Source: Burkholderiales bacterium
GTDB taxonomy: Bacteria > Pseudomonadota > Gammaproteobacteria > Burkholderiales > Eutrophovitaceae
NCBI GenBank assembly: GCA_035651315.1
Contig: DASRFY010000211.1
Location: 148-64,147, forward strand
DNA: 64,000 nt
Direction: 5' to 3'
In this document: positions 52,214-60,981 of the stretch, piece after piece
How positions within the stretch are numbered: position 1 is the first letter of the stretch
How the letters are laid out: each line of letters opens with the position of its first letter
Notes under the pieces: generated by a model
Told to the model about the DNA's origin: nothing
Seen by the model: only the letters and a program-made list of their open reading frames with translations
Database searches by the model: none
Program-made: the position numbers and the translations under genes

Positions 52214-53521
52214 ATGCTTACCCGACGCGACATCCTCAAGACCGGGGCGGCGATGCTCGCCACCGGCGCCGTCACCCTTGCGGCGCGCAACGCGACCGCC
52301 GCCGAGAAATCCGCCGCCGCCACGCGGCCGCCGATTCCGGTGCCCGCCGGCCAGAGCTACACGCCCTGCGTGACGCCCAACGGCTCGACGCTGCCGTGGA
52401 AGATGGACAACGGCGTGAAGGTGTTCCATCTGATCGCCGAGCCGGTGAAGCGCGAGTTCGCGCCCGGCATGGTGGTGAACTGCTGGGGTTACAACGGCCA
52501 GACGCCCGGGCCGACGATCGAAGCGGTGGAAGGCGACCGGCTGCGCATCTACGTGACCAACCGTCTCGGCGAGCCGACCTCCGTGCACTGGCACGGGCTC
52601 TTCGTCCCGAATGGCATGGACGGGGTGGCGGGACTGACCCAGAAACACATTCCGCCGGGCAAGACCTACGTCTACGAGTTCGCCCTGCGGCAGAACGGCT
52701 CCTTCATGTACCACCCGCATTCCGACGAAATGCTGCAGATGGCGCTGGGCATGATGGGCTGGTTCATCGTCCATCCCAAGGACCCGGGGATGCATCGCGT
52801 CGACCGGGATTTTCTGCTCATGCTGCACAACTGGGACGTGGAGCCCGGCGCGTTCACGCCGCAGCCGGCCACCATGACCGAGTTCAACATGTGGACGATG
52901 AACAGCCGCATCTTCCCCGGCACCGATCCGCTGGTCGTGCGCAGGGGCGACCGGGTGCGCATCCGGGTGGCGAACCTGTCCATGCACGAGCACCCGATGC
53001 ACATCCACGGCTATTCGATGCTGGTCACCGGCACCGACGGCGGCTGGCTCGAGCCCTCCGCGCGCTGGAGCGAGACCACGGCACTGATTCCGGTAGGCGC
53101 GATTCGTGCCCTGGAGTTCGTCGCAGGCGAGCCGGGAGACTGGGCATTTCACTGCCACAAATCGCATCACACGATGAATGCGATGGGGCACACCGTCCCC
53201 AACATGGTCGGGGTGGACCAGTCCGGCGTGTCGGACAAGATCTCCGATCTTCTGCCCGATTACATGGCGATGGGCAGCAAGGGCATGGGCGACATGGCCA
53301 TGATGCAGGAAATGGGCATGCCGCTGCCCGAGAACACGCTGCCGATGATGACCGGCACCGGGCCGTTCGGTCCGGTCGAGATGGGCGGCATGTTCACCGT
53401 GATCAAGGTGCGCGACGGCATCGCGCCCGGCGACTACGCCGATCCGGGCTGGTACAAGCATCCGCCCGGCACCGTCGCCTGGGAAGCGTCCGAGGAGGAA
53501 ATGAAACGCCTGTTCGGCTGA
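52214..53521 (+). CDS. Multicopper oxidase (Tat-exported)
   Basis: Twin-arginine signal MLTRRDILKTGAAML. Copper ligand motifs HWHG, HPH, HPMHIHG and HCHKSHH. GGAGA lies 8 nt upstream of ATG 52214, with an alternative ATG at 52199. Confidence 0.88.
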   Translation: MLTRRDILKTGAAMLATGAVTLAARNATAAEKSAAATRPPIPVPAGQSYTPCVTPNGSTLPWKMDNGVKVFHLIAEPVKREFAPGMVVNCWGYNGQTPGPTIEAVEGDRLRIYVTNRLGEPTSVHWHGLFVPNGMDGVAGLTQKHIPPGKTYVYEFALRQNGSFMYHPHSDEMLQMALGMMGWFIVHPKDPGMHRVDRDFLLMLHNWDVEPGAFTPQPATMTEFNMWTMNSRIFPGTDPLVVRRGDRVRIRVANLSMHEHPMHIHGYSMLVTGTDGGWLEPSARWSETTALIPVGAIRALEFVAGEPGDWAFHCHKSHHTMNAMGHTVPNMVGVDQSGVSDKISDLLPDYMAMGSKGMGDMAMMQEMGMPLPENTLPMMTGTGPFGPVEMGGMFTVIKVRDGIAPGDYADPGWYKHPPGTVAWEASEEEMKRLFG

Positions 53522-53576
53522 CGGCGCCCGATCCGATTTGTTCGTCCACTCTCGTTCCGACCGAAAGGAGAAGCAC

Positions 53577-53915
53577 ATGAAACGCACGACCATACTGTTC
53601 AGCACGCTCGCTCTCGTCGCCGGCCTGGCGCAGCCGGCCCTTGCCGCGGAGAAAGACCACGAAGTGATCCGGGTCGCACAAGCCGGGGAAGCGCACAAGG
53701 CCAAGGGCGTGGTGAAGGCGGTGGATCCCGCAACCGGCAAGGTCAACATCGCCCACGAGCCGATCGAATCCCTGGGCTGGCCGGCGATGCGGATGAACTT
53801 CAAGACCCGGGATCCGGCGTTGCTGAAGGGCATCGAACCGGGTCAAAAGGTGGAATTCGAACTCCTGAAATCGGGCAACGAATACCTCGTCACCAAGATC
53901 TCGCCGGTCCAATGA
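53577..53915 (+). CDS. cusF: CusF-like periplasmic copper-binding protein
   Basis: Signal peptide plus HEPIESLGWPAMRMNF (the His/Trp/Met-Met Cu(I) site of CusF). AAAGGAG RBS. Confidence 0.85.
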   Translation: MKRTTILFSTLALVAGLAQPALAAEKDHEVIRVAQAGEAHKAKGVVKAVDPATGKVNIAHEPIESLGWPAMRMNFKTRDPALLKGIEPGQKVEFELLKSGNEYLVTKISPVQ

Positions 53916-53972
53916 CCCGACGCAACCAGCGCCCGATCGGAACGATCCTCCGATCGGGCCGAGGAGAATGAC

Positions 53973-54473
53973 ATGAAAACCAGCGCGCCACTCGTCTGCG
54001 CATTCGCCATTGCACTCGCGACCGCCGCCGCGGCCAGCCTCGCACACGACGATCAGCCGACTACAGCGCATGCGAATCATCCACACGACGCCGGCACGTT
54101 CTCCGACGCAGGACAACCCGGCAAGCCATCGGCGGTTACCCGCACCATCCGCGTGAGGATGCTCGACAGCATGCGCTTCGATCCGTCGTCGATCACCGTC
54201 AAGACCGGCGACACCGTGCGCTTCGTGGCGGTGAACGAGGGAAGGCTGCGCCACGAGTTCGGCATCGGGACCCATGAGGAGCAGCTCGAGCACGACGAGA
54301 TGATGAAAGTGATGCCTGACATGGTCCACGACGACCCGAACGTAGTGACTCTGGAGCCTGGGCAGACCAGGGAGCTCATCTGGCAATTCACCAAACCCGG
54401 CACTTTTGAAATCGCCTGCCACACACCGGGTCATTACCCGGCCGGCATGAAAATGTCGGTGCGCGCCAAGTAG
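53973..54473 (+). CDS. Cupredoxin (plastocyanin/azurin-like, CopI-like)
   Basis: Signal peptide, a His-rich N-terminus, and the type-1 Cu site CHTPGHYPAGM. Confidence 0.85.
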   Translation: MKTSAPLVCAFAIALATAAAASLAHDDQPTTAHANHPHDAGTFSDAGQPGKPSAVTRTIRVRMLDSMRFDPSSITVKTGDTVRFVAVNEGRLRHEFGIGTHEEQLEHDEMMKVMPDMVHDDPNVVTLEPGQTRELIWQFTKPGTFEIACHTPGHYPAGMKMSVRAK

Positions 54474-54682
54474 CCGCGTCCCCGGCGGCCGCGCATTCGC
54501 GTGCGGCAAAGGCGTCCGCGGTAACGGACCGAAACAGCCGCCCGGCGCGCGGACTGCGAAGATTGATCTACGTCAATTGCCTTTCCCCGAGCGCGCGTAG
54601 ATTGGGAACCGGAATCAGCCCGTGTATTTCCTATCCGGGCGGTGATGATTTCAAGTTTCACGCCGTCGAAGGGGGGTCAATC

Positions 54683-54832
54683 ATGCGTCGCTATGTGCAG
54701 TGGATACCGGCAGTCCTGTTCGCACTCGCAGCCGGAGTCGCTTTCGCGGCCGACAAGGATGCGATGAAGAAGCACGAGGAAATGGGCAAGAAGGATGTTT
54801 ATCCAGAGGGAAAGCCGGACACCGGGAAGTAA
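54683..54832 (+). CDS. Small secreted Lys/Met-rich peptide (hypothetical)
   Basis: 49 codons. Signal IPAVLFALAAGVAFA. GAAGGGGGG RBS 6 nt upstream of the ATG. Confidence 0.45.
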   Translation: MRRYVQWIPAVLFALAAGVAFAADKDAMKKHEEMGKKDVYPEGKPDTGK

Positions 54833-54894
54833 GCTGACGCGGCGCGATAAAGCGGTTTAACCATTCGGTTCCCGATGGAGCGGCCGGGACGAAC

Positions 54895-55356
54895 ATGGAT
54901 AAGGCATTGTTTGTGCGCATAGCGCGCGCACTGGTCTTCGTATGGCCACTGGCGTGGACCGCGAACGCCATCGCCGCCGACTGCGGTGTTGTGGCGACGC
55001 TGGATGGGCACGCCACCAGCACGCACGAAGCGCATTCCGCAAGCGGGCCCCATCCTCCCGGCCATACGCCCCACCTTGCCGGCAAGCATGCCTTGCACGA
55101 CTCGGTCGATGACGACTCGCACGATGACGATGGAAGCGGGTGCTGCTGCGACAGTATCCAGCCCGCGAATGCGGCGGCGAATCCGCTTCTCATCGCGCCA
55201 GACCATCGCGCAGACGCGCAATACTATTTCCTGGCAATGCCGGCGTCCGCCGGCGCACCGGTTCTTCGGTCAGCGACCTTTCGGTCTCCCGACAGACCAC
55301 CACCAAGTCATCCCTCCGTTCCCCTCTTCCTGCTCTACGGCAGGCTGATCAACTAG
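54895..55356 (+). CDS. Secreted His/Asp/Cys-rich hypothetical protein
   Basis: Signal ALVFVWPLAWTANAIA, then a His-rich tract (HEAHSASGPHPPGHTPH), a CCC cluster and a distal RPPP motif. The layout parallels the protein at 49991..50428. Confidence 0.5.
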   Translation: MDKALFVRIARALVFVWPLAWTANAIAADCGVVATLDGHATSTHEAHSASGPHPPGHTPHLAGKHALHDSVDDDSHDDDGSGCCCDSIQPANAAANPLLIAPDHRADAQYYFLAMPASAGAPVLRSATFRSPDRPPPSHPSVPLFLLYGRLIN

Positions 55357-55564
55357 TCCCTCGCCGAGCGTACGGATGTCTCGCGCATGTCCGGTGACTT
55401 CGAGAGCCGGACCCGCGAGACGAAGCAAGCCGGGCATGGCGCCGGCGACGCGGCGCGCATAGTCGTCCGAGCCCGGCCCTGGATGAATAAGCGCTACTGC
55501 CGGTAGCGGAAGGCGCAGCGATCACCGGATCAGTTGCGCGATCAGTGAAATCACGGAGCGACAA

Positions 55565-55975
55565 ATGAGAGTCACCGAATTGGCACGACAGACCAGGGTT
55601 TCGCCGCATGCCATCCGATTCTATGCGCGCAGCGGCCTTCTGAAGCCGGACAAGAACCGCAGCAACGGGTACAAGATGTTCGGTCAGAACGATGTCCAGC
55701 GATTGCGCTTCATCCGCATGGCGCAGTGCCTGGGCTACACCCTTTCCGAGATCGCCGAACTGCTCGCCCGTCTCGAGGAGGGAGACAACCCCTGTGAACG
55801 GATGGAGAGAATCCTCCGGCAAAGGCTGGAAGAAACCGCCGGCAAACTGGAATCGCTGCAAAGGACGCGTGTGGCGATGGAGCGTGCCCTGGCGTGCCTG
55901 GAGAAGGGCGACTGGCATGTTGCAGACGTCGAAGGCCTGTGCGCGCACTTCCAGGCCGTGGTGGCGAGCGGTTGA
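55565..55975 (+). CDS. MerR family transcriptional regulator (paralog 1)
   Basis: N-terminal HTH (MRVTELARQTRVSPHAIRFYARSGLL), a coiled-coil dimerisation helix, and Cys residues at NPCERM, ACLEKG and LCAHF. Confidence 0.85.
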   Translation: MRVTELARQTRVSPHAIRFYARSGLLKPDKNRSNGYKMFGQNDVQRLRFIRMAQCLGYTLSEIAELLARLEEGDNPCERMERILRQRLEETAGKLESLQRTRVAMERALACLEKGDWHVADVEGLCAHFQAVVASG

Positions 55976-56062
55976 TGGCTTGACCTGTGCGTCGCTCACA
56001 TGTTTTATCGTGCATGCAATGGGGCGGATTGCCCGGCCACCGTTGATGATCGCGCGAAAGCA

Positions 56063-56467
56063 ATGAACGTGGTCGGCGTGGTGCGCAAGACGGGTGCGAC
56101 AGCGGACACGGTGCGTTATTACGCCCGGATCGGCCTGCTCCAGCCGCGACGCGATCCCCGTAACCGGTACAAGACGTTCACCGAGGCTGACGTCACGCGG
56201 CTGCGATTCATCCTCCGGGCGCGGCAACTGGGCTTTTCGTTGCGTGATATCGGCGAGATTCTTCAACGCAGCGACCTGGGTGGGACACCCTGTCCGCTGG
56301 TGCGGGAAATCATCCGCCGAAGACTCGACGAACAGGCGCGCGAGCTCGACGCCATCCTGATCCTGCGCGAGCGTATGCGGATGGCGCTCGCGAAGTGGCA
56401 GGAAATGCCGGATCGTCTGCCCGACGGCAAGGAGATTTCCGCCTTGATCGCATCGGTGGACACCTGA
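56063..56467 (+). CDS. MerR family transcriptional regulator (paralog 2)
   Basis: HTH VVRKTGATADTVRYYARIGLL and a TPCPLV Cys at the position equivalent to paralog 1. ATG at 56063. Confidence 0.85.
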   Translation: MNVVGVVRKTGATADTVRYYARIGLLQPRRDPRNRYKTFTEADVTRLRFILRARQLGFSLRDIGEILQRSDLGGTPCPLVREIIRRRLDEQARELDAILILRERMRMALAKWQEMPDRLPDGKEISALIASVDT

Positions 56468-56468
56468 C

Positions 56469-56756
56469 GTGATGCGACACCGTGGCGCAAACGTTCGCGC
56501 TTGGCTGCCGGGACTATTGCTCGCGACAGTCCTCGCGTGTTCCGGTCGAACCGAGGATACGCAAGCACTGAGCGGATATTCCGGCACGGTCGAGGGTGTC
56601 ACCGTCTATCTGGGCGTGCTGCCCAGCGCGATGCTGCGCCGACATCCGCCCGATCACGCGGAAAGCTCGATGCACGACGGCCCCTCGGCCGCCCGCGGAG
56701 AGCATCACGTCCTGATTTCGCACGCGGTTTTCATCTACCGGCAATCGCAGCCATAG
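56469..56756 (+). pseudogene. Lipoprotein gene that appears 3-prime truncated
   Basis: Lipobox LATVLACSG. The conserved-looking core (VYLGVLPSAMLRRHPPDHAESSMHDGPS...EHHVLIS) ends abruptly after about 95 codons with an unrelated tail. Truncation is inferred from memory of longer relatives and is not verified. Confidence 0.35.
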
Positions 56757-56788
56757 GACACCGGGACATTGGAAGCAGGCAAGGCGCA

Positions 56789-57049
56789 GTGAACCACGAA
56801 CATCGCAACGAAGACGGAAGGAGGGCGGGCACCGCAAGGTGGAAGTGGGCGTTCGCCGGCTTCCTCGCCATCGCTGCATTTTTCCTGCTCACCGAACATC
56901 GGGCGCACGTGCTCGGCTGGCTGCCCTTCCTGATCCTGCTCGCCTGCCCGCTGTTGCATGGGTTCCTGCACGGCGGCCACCAGGGACACGGAGGAAGTGC
57001 GCCGCCCGGCGACGGTGAGGATCGGCAACGCGGAGGCGATTGCAAATGA
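56789..57049 (+). CDS. DUF2933 family small membrane protein
   Basis: Two TM helices and the [17 protein letters not shown] motif typical of DUF2933. GTG start at 56789 is inferred. Confidence 0.7.
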   Translation: MNHEHRNEDGRRAGTARWKWAFAGFLAIAAFFLLTEHRAHVLGWLPFLILLACPLLHGFLHGGHQGHGGSAPPGDGEDRQRGGDCK

Positions 57050-57705
57050 ACAAGGAAGCGGTACCGGCATACGGGTTGTGGGGACTGGTGATCGTCAACT
57101 CGCTGGTGTTGATCATCTTCGCGTTCAGCTTCGCCAAGCCGCGGGAGGCGCGCGACTGGAGATCGTTCGGCGCCTTCTCCGCGTTCATCGTAGCGCTGTT
57201 CACCGAGATGTACGGCTTCCCGCTCACCATCTATCTGCTGTCGGGCTGGCTCGGCAGCCGCTTTCCCGGCGTGGATTTCATGAGCCACGACGCCGGTCAC
57301 CTGTTGGAGACACTGTTCGGTTGGCGAGCCAACCCGCACTTCGGGCCGTTCCACTTTCTGAGCTTCGTCTTCATCGGCGGCGGTTTCTGGTTGCTCGCCG
57401 CGGCGTGGCCGGTGCTGTACGAGGCGCAGCAGTCGCACCGCATCGCCGTCTCCGGTCCCTACGCCCGCATCCGGCACCCGCAATACGTCGGCTTCGTCCT
57501 CGTCATGATCGGCTTTCTGTTCCAGTGGCCGACGATCCTGACGGTGGCAATGTTCCCGGTCCTGCTGTTCATGTACTGGCGGCTGTCGATCAGCGAAGAG
57601 CGCCAGGCCCGGAGTGAATTCGGCGAGACCTACGATCGGTATGCGGCGCAAACGCCGCGCTTCATTCCGAGATTGCGTACACCGGGTGGGGCGAAAAACG
57701 CATAA
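57046..57705 (+). CDS. Isoprenylcysteine carboxyl methyltransferase (ICMT/PEMT-like) family protein
   Basis: The ATG at 57046 overlaps the DUF2933 stop (ATGA) with CGGAGG upstream. Has the [15 protein letters not shown] motif and multiple TM segments. Confidence 0.85.
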   Translation: MNKEAVPAYGLWGLVIVNSLVLIIFAFSFAKPREARDWRSFGAFSAFIVALFTEMYGFPLTIYLLSGWLGSRFPGVDFMSHDAGHLLETLFGWRANPHFGPFHFLSFVFIGGGFWLLAAAWPVLYEAQQSHRIAVSGPYARIRHPQYVGFVLVMIGFLFQWPTILTVAMFPVLLFMYWRLSISEERQARSEFGETYDRYAAQTPRFIPRLRTPGGAKNA

Positions 57706-57740
57706 CAGGTTTCCGGCACGCAAGACGTGGACGTCTCCTG

Positions 57741-58442
57741 TTGGAACAGACAATTCCGCCCTACTGGAATCACATCTGGCTGCTATGGTCGGCCGCCTTC
57801 CTCCTGCCGTGGCTGGCCTTGTTCCTCGCCTTTCCGCGGCACCGGAAAGTGATGCGGCAAGCGAGCATCTTCACCATGCCGTTCGGCCTGTCGGAGCCGC
57901 TGTTCGTGCCCGCATACTGGAACCCGCCCACGCTTTTCGCGCTTGCACAGCGGACGGGATTCGATATCGAAAGCCTGATCTTTTCTTTCGCCATCGGAGG
58001 GGTTGCGGCGGTTCTCTACAACATCCTGACGGCGAGTCTTCCCGTCCCGATGCCGGAGACGCATCACCGCAGGCACCGATACCACCGGGTCGCTCTGCTC
58101 ACGCCGGCGGTTTCGTTTCCGGTGTTGCTGTTCCTGCCCTGGAATCCGATCTATCCGGCGATCGCGTCCATGGCGCTCGGCGCCCTCGCGACCATCTCCT
58201 GCCGGCCGGACCTGACGAAGAAGACGTTCATCGGCAGCGCGCTGTTTGCCGCCTATTATCTGGTCTTCATGGTCGGATTGACGCTGACCGCGCCCGGATA
58301 TATCGCGCGCGTCTGGAATCTCGGCGCGCTGTCGGGCGTGCTCATTCACGGGATTCCACTGGAAGAGCTGTTGTTCGGCGCGGCCTTCGGCGCCTACTGG
58401 TCGAGCATCTACGAACACCTCACCTGGCGGCGGCTCAATTGA
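57741..58442 (+). CDS. Lycopene cyclase domain-containing membrane protein
   Basis: 233 aa, about 7 TM, with a PLEELLFG motif as in CrtYc/Yd-type domains. TTG start. Confidence 0.65.
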   Translation: MEQTIPPYWNHIWLLWSAAFLLPWLALFLAFPRHRKVMRQASIFTMPFGLSEPLFVPAYWNPPTLFALAQRTGFDIESLIFSFAIGGVAAVLYNILTASLPVPMPETHHRRHRYHRVALLTPAVSFPVLLFLPWNPIYPAIASMALGALATISCRPDLTKKTFIGSALFAAYYLVFMVGLTLTAPGYIARVWNLGALSGVLIHGIPLEELLFGAAFGAYWSSIYEHLTWRRLN

Positions 58443-58550
58443 AAACCCTCGCGCCGGGGTCAGCGAAGATGCCGGGGCGGTCTTGACCTGAGACCTGTGC
58501 GCAAGTTTTACTGTTGCCCGACGCCCATCGCAACCCGCAGGACCGTCATC

Positions 58551-60959
58551 ATGATGAAACGGGACGTCGCATCCGGTACCCCAGAACAACCCCTTGCCGC
58601 AGAAGAGCTGGGACGCATCGATGCGTACTGGCGCGCCGCCAACTACCTGTCGGTGGGGCAGATCTACCTGTACGACAATCCGCTGCTTCGCGTGCCGCTC
58701 GAAGCGGCGCACATCAAGCCGCGCCTGCTCGGGCATTGGGGCACGACGCCGGGGCTCAACTTCATCTATGTCCACCTGAATCGCGTCATCAAGGCGCGCG
58801 ACTTGAACATGATCTACGTCACCGGGCCCGGCCACGGCGGTCCGGCGCTGGTGGCGAACGTGTATCTGGAAGGCACGTACTCGGAGGTGTACCCCAACGT
58901 GTCGCAGGACGAGGAAGGGATGAAGAGGCTGTTCACGCAGTTCTCCTTCCCCGGCGGCATCCCGAGCCATGTCGCGCCGGAAACGCCGGGATCGATCCAC
59001 GAGGGCGGCGAGCTGGGCTACGCGCTGTCGCATGCCTTCGGCGCCGCGTTCGACAATCCGGACCTGATCGTCACCTGCGTGGTGGGCGACGGCGAAGCCG
59101 AAACCGGCCCGCTCGCCACCGCGTGGCATGCGAACAAGTTTCTCAATCCGGCGCGCGACGGCGCGGTGCTGCCGATCCTGCACCTGAACGGCTACAAGAT
59201 CGCCGGCCCCTCGGTGCTCGCCCGGATCGGCGGCGACGAGCTGGAGGCGCTGCTCGTCGGCTACGGCTACCAGCCCTATTTCGTGGAAGGCGCCGAGCCC
59301 GAAGCGATGCACCAGAAAATGGCCGCCACGCTGGACCGGGTGCTGGACGCGATAGGCGCCATCCAGACCGCCGCGCGCAGTAGCAAGGGAGTGTCGAGGC
59401 GACCGCGCTGGCCGATGATCGTCCTGAAGACGCCCAAGGGCTGGACCGGACCGAAGGAAGTCGACGGCAAGAAGACCGAGGGGTACTGGCGCAGCCACCA
59501 AGTGCCGCTATCCGAACTGCACGACAATCCGGCGCACGTGAAGCTCCTCGAGCAATGGATGCGGAGCTATCGGCCGGAAGAGCTGTTCGACGAGACCGGC
59601 CGTCTGCTTCCCCGGTTGCAGGAACTCGCGCCGCGCGGCGCGCGGCGCATGGGCGCCAACCCGCACGCCAACGGCGGCCTGCTGCTCAAGGACCTGCGCA
59701 TGCCGGACTTTCGCGACCATGCGGTGCGGGTGGGCGCGCCGGGGCGGACCGTTGCCGAGGCGACGCGGACCATGGGCCTGTTCCTGCGCGACGTGATGAA
59801 GATGAACCTGCGGACGTCCAACTTCCGCGTGTTCGGTCCTGACGAAACCGCCTCCAACCGGCTCGGCAACCTGTTCGACGTCACCGACCGCACCTGGCTT
59901 GCGGAGCGGCTCGACTACGACGACCACCTGTCGCCGGACGGCCGGGTGATGGAGATCCTGTCCGAACACACCTGCCAGGGCTGGCTCGAGGGCTACCTCC
60001 TCACCGGGCGCCACGGCCTGTTCTCCTGCTACGAAGCATTCATCCACATCGTCGATTCGATGTTCAACCAGCACGCCAAATGGCTGAAGGTCGCCGGCCG
60101 GCAAATCCCCTGGCGGCGGCCGATCGCCTCGCTGAACTACCTGCTGACTTCCCACGTGTGGCGGCAGGACCAGAACGGCTTCTCGCACCAGGATCCCGGC
60201 TTCATCGATCACGTCGTCAACAAGAAAGCCGATGTCATCCGCGTCTACCTGCCTCCGGACGCCAACACCCTGCTCTGCGTCACGGACCAATGTCTGCGCA
60301 GCCGCAACCTCATCAACGTCATCGTGGCGGGCAAGCAACCCGCCCTGCAGTACCTCGACATGGATGCGGCCATCAAGCACTGCACCGCGGGCATCGGCAT
60401 CTGGGAGTGGGCCGGCAGCGACAAAGGCAGCGAGCCCGATGTGGTGATGGCCTGCGCGGGCGACGTGCCGACGCTGGAGACGCTCGCGGCCGTCGATCTC
60501 CTGCAACGCCTGGTACCGGAGCTGAAAGTCCGCGTGGTGAACGTGGTGGACCTGATGACGCTGCAGCCGTCGGCGGAACACCCGCACGGCCTCTCCGACC
60601 GCGACTTCGACGCGCTCTTCACCACCGACAAGCCGATCATCTTCGCCTATCACGGCTACCCGTGGCTGATTCACCGCCTGACCTATCGGCGAACCAATCA
60701 CCGCAACCTGCACGTGCGCGGATACAAGGAGGAAGGGACGACCACCACGCCCTTCGACATGGTGGTACTGAACGATCTGGACCGTTTTCACCTGGTCGTC
60801 GACGTGGTGGAGCGCGTGCCCGCCGCAGCGCCTCGCGCGGCCCACATCAAGCAGGCGATGCGCGACAGGCTGATCGAACACCGCCAGTACATCACCCGCT
60901 ACGGCGAAGACATGCCCGAGATCCGCGACTGGAAGTGGGGCGAGAGCCGGGACGTTTGA
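58551..60959 (+). CDS. xfp: Phosphoketolase (xylulose-5-P/fructose-6-P)
   Basis: 802 aa. Has [25 protein letters not shown] and [11 protein letters not shown] as in XFP. Confidence 0.93.
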   Translation: MMKRDVASGTPEQPLAAEELGRIDAYWRAANYLSVGQIYLYDNPLLRVPLEAAHIKPRLLGHWGTTPGLNFIYVHLNRVIKARDLNMIYVTGPGHGGPALVANVYLEGTYSEVYPNVSQDEEGMKRLFTQFSFPGGIPSHVAPETPGSIHEGGELGYALSHAFGAAFDNPDLIVTCVVGDGEAETGPLATAWHANKFLNPARDGAVLPILHLNGYKIAGPSVLARIGGDELEALLVGYGYQPYFVEGAEPEAMHQKMAATLDRVLDAIGAIQTAARSSKGVSRRPRWPMIVLKTPKGWTGPKEVDGKKTEGYWRSHQVPLSELHDNPAHVKLLEQWMRSYRPEELFDETGRLLPRLQELAPRGARRMGANPHANGGLLLKDLRMPDFRDHAVRVGAPGRTVAEATRTMGLFLRDVMKMNLRTSNFRVFGPDETASNRLGNLFDVTDRTWLAERLDYDDHLSPDGRVMEILSEHTCQGWLEGYLLTGRHGLFSCYEAFIHIVDSMFNQHAKWLKVAGRQIPWRRPIASLNYLLTSHVWRQDQNGFSHQDPGFIDHVVNKKADVIRVYLPPDANTLLCVTDQCLRSRNLINVIVAGKQPALQYLDMDAAIKHCTAGIGIWEWAGSDKGSEPDVVMACAGDVPTLETLAAVDLLQRLVPELKVRVVNVVDLMTLQPSAEHPHGLSDRDFDALFTTDKPIIFAYHGYPWLIHRLTYRRTNHRNLHVRGYKEEGTTTTPFDMVVLNDLDRFHLVVDVVERVPAAAPRAAHIKQAMRDRLIEHRQYITRYGEDMPEIRDWKWGESRDV

Positions 60960-60981
60960 ACGCCGCGCGGCGACCCATCCG

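Noticed and set aside
58484-58513. TTGACC-N18-TTTACT upstream of xfp. It shares the octamer TTGACCTG with the sites at 63395 and 63434.
   Set aside because: The -10 match is weak and there is no dyad symmetry in the spacer. The octamer recurrence is explained by the -35 consensus plus two bases.
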